DNA from: Macrostomum hystrix
Taxonomy: Eukaryota > Animalia > Platyhelminthes
Length of the DNA: 64,000 bases
NCBI GenBank assembly: GCA_950097015.1
Contig: CATNEN010000003.1
Coordinates: 12,896,001 to 12,960,000, forward strand
Direction of reading: 5' to 3'
Part shown: one piece after another, positions 1-11,500 of the stretch
Position numbering within the stretch: position 1 is the stretch's first letter
Layout: the number at the start of each line of letters is the position of its first letter
Translations under genes and position numbers: made by a program
The notes under the pieces: generated by a model
Told to the model about the DNA's origin: nothing
Databases searched by the model: none
What the model saw: the letters and a program-made list of their open reading frames with translations, nothing else

Positions 1-46
1 CCTAACGTCATAAAAAATCCTTGAGTTGGTTAATGTAAATAAGAAC

Positions 47-462
47 CTTGGAGAAGAACTCCAGCCAAGAGATTCGGCCGTCCCTGTTGGCGTCCATGTT
101 CCTCATGAGCCGGTGCAGCTTGCCCTGTCTCAACTGCTCAGCGTTCGGATCCTCGCTCAAGATTTGCACCATCCGCAGGGTTGGGATCCCACCTGATGCT
201 TCGAACGGCTCAAAGTAGTGCCGAAAATTGCTTTCGAGCCACACCTTGTACTCGTCCTCATTTCTGGGATGTCGCAAATGTGGCGTCAATTGCGTTTGAT
301 CGTCCAGTCGATCAGCAAGCTCCAGCGAGTGTTGCGTTACAGGCGTGGAGTATTGACGCCGATAATCTGTGGCGATGTCAAACGAATTTGCGGACGCTTC
401 ATTATCTGACGCTGAGAATGGTCTGCTAGCGCCACCAGCGCCATCGCGGTCGCGATGCATCT
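47..462 (-). CDS. Coding exon of an EF-hand protein (gene continues beyond the left edge); possibly the N-terminus of a rhomboid-like (RHBDL3/Rho-4-type) protease
   Basis: Acceptor ttttcag|ag immediately precedes ATG (460). Translation MHRDRD...MDANRDGRISWLEFFSK contains a canonical EF-hand loop (DANRDGRISWLE). Donor AAG|gt at 47/46. The rhomboid assignment is only a recollection of domain layout. Confidence 0.6.
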
Positions 463-987
463 CTGAAAATAAATCTCGTGACAATAAAAAAAAGAAGAGA
501 GAGAGAGGCAAAATCTGAATATCTTCTTTCTCTTCTGTCTCTGCTGGCTTAGAAAAATATTTATACTGAGCGGCTGTGCACATGGTACACCGGGTAGTCC
601 CGCAGCCTACCCAAATACTTTACTTGAAGGCTTGTATTCAAGTTCGATAGAGTGCGGAGCAGTAAAGCCAGATCAGCAACCCCTGCAACCTGCCTTATTT
701 AGCAACAGGTCTAGGTGTGTTCACGGGCAACGCTGAAGAGAGACGCAGCTAAGAGAGAGAAGTGCAGTATAGTTTGACAGATGCGAAAATAGCACTGCGC
801 ACTGAGGGTGAGCACACCAACAATTGTTTAAGAGTTTAACAATGCACTGGAGCCGTATGTCAATGAAGCATGCAATTTGGACTATGCGGTACTATGAGGT
901 CGTACATTAAAAATATTTTTTTATTTAGTTGAAGTGGTCAGGTTCTTGAATCGCTCATCCGAAAAAAGGAAATAATTTTACTTACCA

Positions 988-1272
988 TAATAATAAGAAC
1001 TGCTGTCGGGCTGTGGGCAATGGCACATCATTTGGTGACAGTAGACCCGCAGCCAGCGAGGAGGCAATTCTGCCAATCCCGCTGACTCCCGAGAACACAC
1101 TTACACAGGTATGTACATCTGTCCTGACTTTCTCATCGTCAGGCAGTGCGCACTGCACTCTCCCAGTGCCCTGTGAGGTTGGCCCTCACAGGCGTAAGTT
1201 GCACGACAAGCACCCAAGCCTTCTCTCCGCGGCTGCGCCCCAAATGAATGTGGCCTCGCCGCGGAATCGAAC
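988..1272 (-). mobile_element. 5'-truncated tRNA-derived SINE (family A)
   Basis: Colinear with 37749-38121 (ggcacatcatt..gacccgcagccagcgaggaggcaattctgcc..gcacgacaagc..ccaagccttctctccgc). On the minus strand it retains the B-box GTTCGATTCC and ends in a (TTA)n tail. Confidence 0.75.
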
Positions 1273-2044
1273 GCATGGAGCATTAGCAGGTTTACCATTC
1301 ACCCCTATCCACTTACCATATATGCGGTTAAATCGATTGTAATGCATTAGAAATTTAGAGGAACAAAAATAGCACCCAATTTCTGATAAATGCTTTATTG
1401 ATTTTCAAAGGCCGCATTTTTTCGGCGCAATTTTACCGCACCAGAAAGGAAAAAAAGCTCTCATCTAACATATACAACCGTTGCTTAATGCTGCCTTTAT
1501 TGTTGATTATGTAGGTAAGTTTTTCGTCTATTTTTACGGTATTAAAAGTTTTCTAATGTAGCATTAAGCACTAAGCTTCGAGGTCGAAGAAAGGTCGACG
1601 AAAGTTCAAAGATGATGTCTGCGCTCTGGCTAGTGTTCTAAGGCAAGCACTAATGAACTATTTAATACAGGCAAATATATGCCTACAAGTTCTGGTAAAT
1701 TAAAATTTCCGATGTGTCACCACTGATCTTTCAATCGTGAAAAAATCTGTGGACATGTCATACCGACTAAAAGTGTAAAAGTGACGTCATTGACTTAAAC
1801 ATGTGTGTTGGATCTCTGCTTTGTATTTGCTCATACCCTCCAGTTTAAACCGAAATCAATTAATAACTCCAATACACTTTAAGAGGTTTGAAAATCACAA
1901 CAGAGTCTCAAAAGTCAATGGCAGAGGCTAAACACAATTGCAATGAACTGTCTAAGGCAGGGATCAGATAACTACCTTACGAAAGCGGGCAGACCCGGAC
2001 TGCAGAGCCTCTCAATACGCCTCTTAAATCACTTTGCAACACGC

Positions 2045-2320
2045 AGTCTCTCCCGTCTCATCTCTCCCGTGTCTCATTTCTCCCCTGTCTCATCGCTCCC
2101 CTGTCTCATCTCTCCCCTGTCTCATCTCTCCCCTGTCTCATCTCTCCCCTGTCTCATCTCTCCCCTGTCTCATCTCTGCCCTGTCTCATCTCTCCCCTGT
2201 CTCATCTCTCCCCTGTCTCATCTCTCCCCTGTCTCATCTCTCCCCTGTCTCATCTCTCCCCTGTCTCATCTCTCCCCTGTCTCATCTCTCCCCTGTCTCA
2301 TCTCTCCCCTGTCTCATCTC
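2045..2320. repeat. 16-bp minisatellite (tctcatctctcccctg)n; same family as 59165-59520
   Basis: Direct tandem units visible. Confidence 0.95.
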
Positions 2321-2484
2321 GCCATTGGCTTCTCTATTTGAATTGGATCTCTAAATATCTCTTTATCCCGCTGTTTATAGGTTTGCCGATCCCTGGTCTA
2401 AGACCACACAACAAACAACAAAGGTTAGAATTCATTTTTCTTAGTCTACAATGCGTCAGCACAATGCTTTGATTGATCAGCTGC

Positions 2485-5400
2485 TCAGTTCCAGCCAAGT
2501 CTTCTCCAACTACCTCGAACTCCGAGAACACGGTTGGTTAAGAAGCGCATCTCCACCCTGTCTTTGCTGATCCGCTCAGCAGCGAGTGTCACTTCTTCCG
2601 CCTGCCTTCTCACAGCGTCTCGCACGCCAATTGCCGTGTGACGACGAAAAAACTTTCGGATTCGCGTCGCCGCGGCTGTGGAACGAAACGTCAGACCGCC
2701 AATCAGCCGCTTCAGCATGTAGGGACCTTCGAGTCGTCGCGCTAAGGTGCTCCAGTTGCGAGTGAGCAGACGCCACACTAGCTCTGCGCTGAACCCGTCG
2801 ACCAATCGCAAAACTTCAGAAGCTTGAAGCTCATCACCCAGCGCCAGTGCGACTAATCGATTTTCAATTTCAGGCTGATCTCTGTCCTCAAAAGCGCCCA
2901 AACAGCTGATGATAGACTCGCGGCGAGCCATGGATTCTGATGTGTTTAGCGCTGATAATAAACTCCAGAAATTGTTCAGATCTATGCCGTTTCTAGCCGC
3001 AATGCCGCAGGTTAGATCCCACACATCAGGTGGAACATCCATTGGTCGCGTGCCGTTCAGCCAACGTGGAAACATTGTGACAGCCCAGCTGACGATGCTG
3101 TCATCCCTGGCATACTCCAGACAGTTTGACAGAACACTGCGACCTCGGCCGCTGGTATCGATTCGCAAACGCTCAAAGCACAATCCGTGAATGTAGCGCA
3201 GCCAGTTTTGGTACGTCTTGCCGTCTCTGGACTGCACTGCCATGCCAATGCTGTATAGGTGGTTCAGCATGCTGATCCACACATTCAGGCTAGGATCGTA
3301 TCGCAGTGCATTCACAGCGTGCATTGCATCCTCTGCCCAGACTCTGTCAGCGGCGTGCAGCGCAAACACATCGTCCAGAAGAGTCAGCCTACCAGCCGGT
3401 CCGATGGCACCATTGGAGGCCTCTCTCAGCAGGATACTTCTCAAATTGCGCGAATAGGCTGTTCGATAAAAGCCTGTTGCATTGGGGTTGAGCATCAGCC
3501 AGCCGCAGCTTGGTAGCTGCAGAGTCATTCTCGATCCGGACATGACCCGCCTGACGATGTCGCCATCCTGCGTTGCAACAACGATCGGAATGCGCCACAG
3601 CCAGCGGTCGTGGAGTCGATCGGAGCCTGGCAGACGGTAGCGGCTCTGTGTCAGGCGCGCAACGCAACCAGACGATTGGTCATCAGGATCCTGCTGCTCG
3701 ACTGAGACACGAATCGTTGGGAAGCCCTTTCGTGTGGTCCAGTCCCGCATGACGTCCGCAACAGATGGTTCCGAACCGGAGTTACCAAGCTCCTCCTGCA
3801 GCGCGCGCCAGAGGTCGGCAGTGTCCGCATTGGCAAATCTGTGACGACCAATGTAACGACGAAGTCCAGCGAAGAACCGCTCGTTCCCCAGCCAGTCGTG
3901 CAGCATGCCAACAAGGGCCGCCCCTTTGCCATAGCTGATGGAGTCAAACACTTCGGCCGCGTCCTCTGGTCGGACCACTCTGGCCTCGATTGGGTGCGAA
4001 GCCTCCAATGCGTCGTCCCGCATAGCGGCCAGCTTCTCCATGCCAACGAACTGGTCGCGTGAGTTGAAGCCCGGCAAAATCTCGTCCATCGAGTGAAACG
4101 ATAGCCAGGTGGCAAAGCCCTCGTTAAGCCACAGGTCGGACCACCAGGCAGGTGTCACAAGGTTGCCAAACCACTGATGGGCTAGCTCGTGTATCACAGT
4201 TACACCGATGAAAGCGCGCTGTGCATAATCTGTCTCACTAGAGACTAAAATATTCGGCTCGTGGCACAGCACTAGGCCCCAGTTCTCCATAGCAATACTG
4301 GGAAAGTCTGGCAGAGACACCAGGTCCAACTTCTTCAGCGAATAGTCTGCGCCGAATAGCCTAGCAAAATGGGGCAGGGTTCGATTGGCAATGTCGAATG
4401 CGAACTCGCCCTCCTTGCGACGTCCGATTGGTGCGTAGACGCTGACTCGCACGCCGTTGCTGTCAACAGTTTCTAGGGGCTGATCGAATCGGCCAATGAC
4501 GAAGGCCAACAGATAGGTTGACATTAGCGGCGTTCGAGCGAATTTGACCATAACAACGGCTGGATTTCTGTCAGATGAGGCTGGGGAAGTTTTAGACAAA
4601 ACCGGAGTATTAGAAAGTGCCTGCTTGTCAGATGGGACGATTAGAGTTAGATCGAAAGTGGCTTTAAAGGCCGGCTCGTCCCAGCACGGAAAAGCTTTGC
4701 GTGCGTCTGTTGGCTCAAAGTGGGTAGCAACAAAGACCTCTGGACTAGCTGAGCTGCGTGGTGGAGCTGACACTTTGAACACTCCCGACAAAGCGGTGTT
4801 GATTCGCGACTCAAACGATGACGATAGCTCCCAGATGCCCGGCGGTATTGACTCGGCGAAGGTTAGCGTCACCTTTTCGACTCGGTTGTCGTATGTCACA
4901 TTGATAGCGGGGCCTAAGGGTGGTCGTTCATAGCAAAATGGAGTGAAATCAATTGATTATTGAGTGCAATTTATAATAAAAACTCGTGTCTAGTACGCGT
5001 AAATGTAACTATCTTAAATTGGACGCAGGCAAATATACTGGACCTCTTCAAACTGAACACTGGACCTCTTCACACTGCACACTGGACCTCTTCAAACTGA
5101 ACACTGGACCTCTTCAAACTGAACACTGGACCTTTTCAAACTGCACAATGGACCTCTTCAAACTGAACACTGGACCTCTTCACACTGCACACTGGACCTC
5201 TTCAAACTGAACACTGGACCTCTTCAAACTGAACACTGGACCTTTTCAAACTGCACAATGGACCTCTTCAAACTGAACACTGGACCTCTTCACACTGCAC
5301 ACTGGACCTCTTCAAACTGAACACTGGACCTCTTCAAACTGAACACTGGACCTTTTCAAACTGCACAATGGACCTCTTCAAACTGAACACTGGACCTCTT

Positions 5401-6599
5401 CACACTGCACACTGGACCTCTTCAAAATCCTCAATGGCACAACTGAATTCTATGAAATCGTTGGATTTATTGAAAATTGCATTTATGCTTCTTTAAGATT
5501 TGAAAAGACTTGACCTTTTGCCGATCCGAGTTGCGTTTTAGTGAGCAGCTATTTTTATTGCAACTGTCTTTTGGTGGACAGATTAGCCTGAACTGAATAA
5601 TACTGGATGATAGATTCGAAATAATTATCTTAATTGAGTGGAAAAGGAACTATGCTATCATGATTAGATGTATAATTTTCCCAATGGCCCGCCTACCTAA
5701 TTAATCTAGCCCATGGTAAAAGTAGAATCGATGCAAAAATTATCTTGTTCACTTACGTCCACTCAGCAATGGTGTACCTAGGATTACCACTTGATTAACG
5801 TTCAGTTCTATCGCCGCAATCGACCTCGATGTCTAGAATCGACGCATAAATAATCTTTTATGGAAAGTATAAAAAACAACAATCTTAGAAACAAAATTTG
5901 TGACAACGTCGAGGCCCAACTCACAACAATGGTTGCTATCATGCGCCCTGATACAGTACCTCTATTCAGTTTTGGCTCCAGCGACAGATCATAGTTTAAC
6001 GGTCTCACGTGACTTGCGAGTCTGTAGGAGAATTATTCAATTAATTAGGACCGATTTGAACTGACTTTTGTAACCATGACTGCGACTGTGACTGTGACCT
6101 TGTGGCTGTGACCTTGTGACTGTGACCTTGTGACTGTGACCTTGTGACTGTGACCTTGTGACTGTGACCTTGTGACTGTGACCTTGTGACTGTGACCTTG
6201 TGGCTGTGACCTTGTGACTGTGACCTTGTGGCTGTGACCTTGTGACTGAACACTGAGACTACTGAAGCGTAGTCAACGGTGACCGTGACTGAGACTGAGA
6301 CTGTGCTGTGACTGTGACTGTGACTGTGACTGTGACTGTGACTGAGACTGTGACTGTGACTGTGACTGTGACTGAATGCGATTTATAAATCAGGTATATC
6401 AATAAAAACCCACCTATATTTACTCGCACTTTCTGAGTTGGCTGCCGAAACCTAAAGATAATTGAAGAAACTTGTAAATATTTTTATAAAAAGCTCAAAT
6501 CTAACAATATAGCCAATAACTCACATGAGCACTTTCAAACTTCACAGATGCCAAAATGACGACCGTGACAGCAGCAAAAGCCGTGACAGACTTGCACAT
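2485..6599 (-). CDS. M1-family zinc aminopeptidase (puromycin-sensitive/APN-like), 5 exons: 6599-6525, 6451-6414, 6021-5925, 5832-5757, 4913-2485
   Basis: Exons join in frame through GT-AG introns: MCKSVTAFAAVTVVILASV..KYRLASHVRPLNYDL..IELN..ATHFEPTDARKAFPCWDEP..AMENWG..HELAH-x18-E (LWLNEGF)..FDSISYGKG. The N-terminus is hydrophobic. Confidence 0.92.
5036..5425. repeat. 22-bp intronic minisatellite (ctggacctcttcaaactgaaca)n
   Basis: Tandem units in aminopeptidase intron 4. Confidence 0.95.
6085..6375. repeat. 14-bp (gtgaccttgtgact)n plus (gtgact)n repeats
   Basis: Tandem units in aminopeptidase intron 2. Confidence 0.9.
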
Positions 6600-8580
6600 T
6601 TTTCTTCAGTCTCTTCCGTCTTCTCGCTGCGTCTCATTGTGTCTCAAGTATTTATTTTTTAAGCACCGGAATTGAACTCAGAATGTTTGACCAGGTAAAT
6701 CCTGATCAAACTGAGTCGCGAACAGCTACAATCTACCCGATAATCCACCAGATTTGTTAGCCGGAATCGGAATTAAGAAATGTGTAAATTTAAAATAAAA
6801 TTCTACGAGAAATTCTGGTGAACGCATTGTCAGAAAACTACTCAAGTACTTTTTTACAATGTTGACAAAGTGAAACTATACTGTTTAACAAAAGTTCTTG
6901 TACGGTTGCTTCTGTTGCTTCTAGTATCCATAATTTCCATCCGATTCAAATGAAAATTAGTGCAAATGAAAGCTGGGAATCTCTGCAACATTTTCTGTTT
7001 CACCGTATTTTTTTATTCTGGAGTGGCTCGGAACAGCTTGCCGTTTAGCACAGACAGGTCGAATAAAAAAAGTGACAGAATGACATAGAGCAAGCAGTCT
7101 ATGGCCAACTTTCTTCACGCGCTGACAAACTCCACAGAGTGTCTAGGAAGCCTTCTGTCGATCGATCGCTCTGTGTGTGGGGTTTGCTTTACTTCTTCAC
7201 CCCAGGCGACATGTCTATGGCCTAAACTGTCGCACACTGTATAATATATCTGATTATCTGTGAAGAAGTAAAGCAAACCCAACAGAAGCAACCGTACAAG
7301 AACTTTTGTTAGACAGTATAGAATTATTCTAGACATAAGTTAATTATAATTCATATTTATATTATTACATTCTAATTATCTGGCAGAACAAATAGCTCCC
7401 TAATCTAGCTTTGAGTTCCAATTGAGAATATTCATTTAAACTCTCAAGCTTAGTACAAGACTTACTTCTTTTAATCGTCAAGTACCATTCCCGCCTAGAC
7501 ATCAAACTTTACACTCTAAAATACAATTAACTTTCCAACTTCACATAATCACATTAACGGTAGAAAGACAACGCTATTTTTATCCCTAGGGAAAAAGTCG
7601 AAAGAGAACGGAAAATTTTAGCCTGGATTCTGGATTTCCATGGCGTCTGGTTGAATATTCTTAGAGAAGCAGAAAAAAATGCGGGTAGCAGTTCGTGACT
7701 AAAGACATAAAGCGGTTTGTATTTTAAGTTATAACAGACGCAACTGCAACAGAAACATGAAAGCAACTTGAAGACTCGGTCCGTTAGAACCATAGATATA
7801 AAAGCAAAGAATCAAATAACATTCAAGCATTCAAATAATAACTGTTCTATGGCCAAACTTGAAAAAATATCAAGAAACAAAGAAAGTGGTGCAGCAGCCG
7901 TGTTTAATTGCAGCCGAAACTATAAATAGCGAGCATGGGAAATTCCTACTAAACTGGCCATAACTTTGGCCATAGACATTCGGAGCGCATAGTCTAAATT
8001 ATTGTTGATCGCATTAACTGTCTATGGGTTGGAGGCACCCTAAAATCATACATTGCGCCCTCAGTCAAAAAAACATTGGCGCACTCTTACCTCATTGTCT
8101 ACTGAAGCATTGTTTTAAAGCGATCAAGCTAGACCAAATGTTGAGCAATGCTCTAATCGCATTAAGAAGAGCGTAGCCAGAAAATAACAAACTGACTCTG
8201 TCTCACAATCAATTGGCTGTTTGCGACGCGCACGACCATTGTTAGAACACGTAGCCACTCTATGTATTTCACTAGTCACAACTTATTCAACCGCGATAAC
8301 TAAGTTAGCTGACTAATTAGCGGGTAATTTAAGAGTAAGAGTAAAGAGTAATTTAGCGGGACTTTGTACACTCGCTTTAGAACTAACTAACAACAATGGC
8401 ACGTAGTGGTGCATTCATGGGATAAACCTGCCTGAAAACCATTTTACATTTAAGCTCATCTCTGTCTCCCAGCTCACCCACCACTCCCCGTACCCCATAG
8501 TCCTACGTAGGTATATTCTAGTCCATTATCTAAGGCACCAAACTTAAAGTCAAGCTAACTTTTTACAGCATCACATAGAC

Positions 8581-11500
8581 ATGCTAAAAAACAACTGCGG
8601 TCTAACATATGTGCTGCTAGTGGCGTTACTTGACAATTGCCAACCCGGATACAGCACAATTTGGACTTATCACGCTTGTAAGTGTTAGCAAACAGGCTTG
8701 AACTTTTATCTAACAATTACTGATCTGAAATTTCCAGGTCGTTTGATCTGACATACGAGCTACATTCCCGATCTGTCTTGGTCTGACATTCTCAATCTGT
8801 CTTGGTCTGACATTCCCAATCTGTCTTGGTCTGACATTCCCAATCTGTCTTGGTCTGATATTCCCAATCTGTCTTGGTCTGACATTCCCAATCTGTCTTG
8901 GTCTGACATTCCCAATCTGTCTTGGTCTGACATTCCCAATCTGTCTTGGTCTGACATTCCCAATCTGTCTTGGTCTGACATTCCCGATCTGTCTTGGTCT
9001 GATATTCCCAATCTGTCTTGGTCTGATATTCCCAATCTGTCTTGGTCTGACATTCCCGAACTGTCTTGGTCTGACATTCCCAATCTGTCTTGGTCTGACA
9101 TTCCCGATCTGTTTTGGTCTGTTCGATCGATTCGATCGATTCCATTCGGAAGTTTACTTTTGCATAGATAAATAAATAGTAGATACGTTTTTCACTACAG
9201 GGCACTTTGGAAATCAATCTAAACTGATTCCGAATGCTGGAATTGCTGGCTCGATGCAACTGCCTGATAATGAAACGGAGGCCGAAATTCAAAGTGAGCA
9301 CTTCCTGACTCACCTGTGTACTTCCTGACTCACCTGTATACTTCCTGACTCACCTGTATACTTCCTGACTCACCTGTATACTTCCTTACTCACCTGTATA
9401 CTTCCTTACTCACCTGTATACTTCCTTACTCACCTGTATAATCCTTACCTTCTAGTTTGCGCCCAACTTGGTAGTCTGCCAAAAACAGCTAATCTACTAG
9501 CTATCTCCTTGTCGGATTATCGACCTTCTGCTCAGTCCATCTGCGCCAGATCCGGTATAGTGTGCCTGTACACTAATCCTAGCAATTGGGGCTCGCTACC
9601 ACCTCAGTGGCTTAGCGGTTCAGTCAATCTGCATCCAACTGACGAGCTAATGAGCGAACTTCTACTACAGACCATTGTCTGGCTGAAGTGGAGTCGACTA
9701 GCTGTTATCTACGAAGATTCTGGAGGTGAGCAATTCGTTTGTTAGACGCAATCAATTTAATCCTAAATCGTGTTTTCTCTCTTTTCCCCAGAGTGGGTAA
9801 GGAAAAATCAATAATCGAGTGTCAATGTACACTTATCTGTGTACATTAGTCATCACTGTAAATGATGGCTGGAAAATAATCGATAATTCAGTGAGAATGC
9901 ACATTCGGCTGTGTACATCTGTCACCGAGTGTCGTATCGTGGCCAAAGAAGTGAAGTGAAAGGGAGACGGCGCTGTGCCATTGACTATATATTTATATAT
10001 GTTTAGATTGGACAGACTGGAGGGGGGTTGGCGTGCGATAACACAAGAGTACGCGACTGAGGGTAAGAGAGGAGGCTAGAAGGTGATTGGCGGACCAATC
10101 AGAAGGCGGAAAAGGAGAGAGATCAAGAACCATACTGTGAAGAATGGAAGACAGGCGTACGAACGGTGCAGATGAACTAGATGAACGACGAGTAAGTCGC
10201 GACAGCGTGAAAGTGGAAAATCAAAATTCGAGAGCACAGTTGGAAATGTGCATCGGGCACTCTCTATTTTACAAAAAAAATCCTGTCTTTTTCAGCGTTC
10301 AGAAAATACAATCGTCTGGCTAGCCAGTCCGCAACGCCCGTAACATTTCGTCAAGTGGACTCGCGAGCTGCCCAGCATACTCTGAGCACTCTCAAATTAA
10401 TTAAGGAGGCCAATATAATTAACATTGTAATTGACGTACCAAGCTCTAGCCTGAATGTTGTCCTTGGCTTGGTAAGCATTCCCTAGGATTGGGCAGTTAA
10501 TAAAACAAATCCTAACTAACAGATGGGATGGACTAAAATAATTAATGGCCTTTCATTTCAGGCGGCAATGGCTAATTTAACTGGCGTGCAGTACAATATG
10601 CTGCATATTGGCCACGTGAGCTGATTCGTGTTTGAAAATATTAGGGATTTTCTATTCTAACAGGTAACCTGCTTTAGTCTAACAGGTAACCTACTTTAGT
10701 CTAATAGGTAACCTGCTTTAGTCTAACAGGTAACCTGCTTTAGTCTAACAGGTAACCTGCTTTAGTCTAATAGGTAACCTGCTTTAGTCTAACAGGTAAC
10801 CTGCTTTAGTCTAACAGGTAACCTGCTTTAGTCTAATAGGTAACCTGCTTTAGTCTAACAGGTAACCTGCTTTAGTCTAATAGGTAACCTGCTTTAGTCT
10901 AACAGGTAACCTGCTTTAGTCTAATAGGTAACCTGCTTTAGTCTAACAGGTAACCTGCTTTAGTCTAATAGGTAACCTGCTTTAGTCTAACAGGTAACCT
11001 GCTTTAGTCTAATAGGTAACCTGCTTTAGTCTAACAGGTAACCTGCTTTAGTCTAATAGGTAACCTGCTTTAGTCTAACAGGTAACCTGCTTTAGTCTAA
11101 TAGGTAACCTGCTTTAGTCTAACAGGTAACCTGCTTTAGTCTAATAGGTAACCTGCTTTAGTCTAACAGGTAACGCGCTTTAGTCTAACAGGTAACCTAC
11201 TTTAGTCTAACAGGTAACGCGCTTTAGTCTAATAGGTAACCTGCTTTAGTCTAACAGGTAACCTACTTTAGTCTAATAGGTAACCTGCTTTAGTCTAACA
11301 GGTAACGCGCTTTAGTCTAACAGGTAACCTACTTTAGTCTAACAGGTAACCTGCTTTAGTCTAACAGGTAACCTGCTTTAGTCTAACAGGTAACGCGCTT
11401 TAGTCTAACAGGTAACCTACTTTAGTCTAACAGGTAACGCGCTTTAGTCTAACAGGTAACCTACTTTAGTCTAACAGGTAACCTGCTTTAGTCTAACAGG

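Noticed and set aside
8760-9313. SDQDRLG / QTKTDWEC repeat proteins
   Set aside because: Antisense translation of the iGluR intron 1 minisatellite
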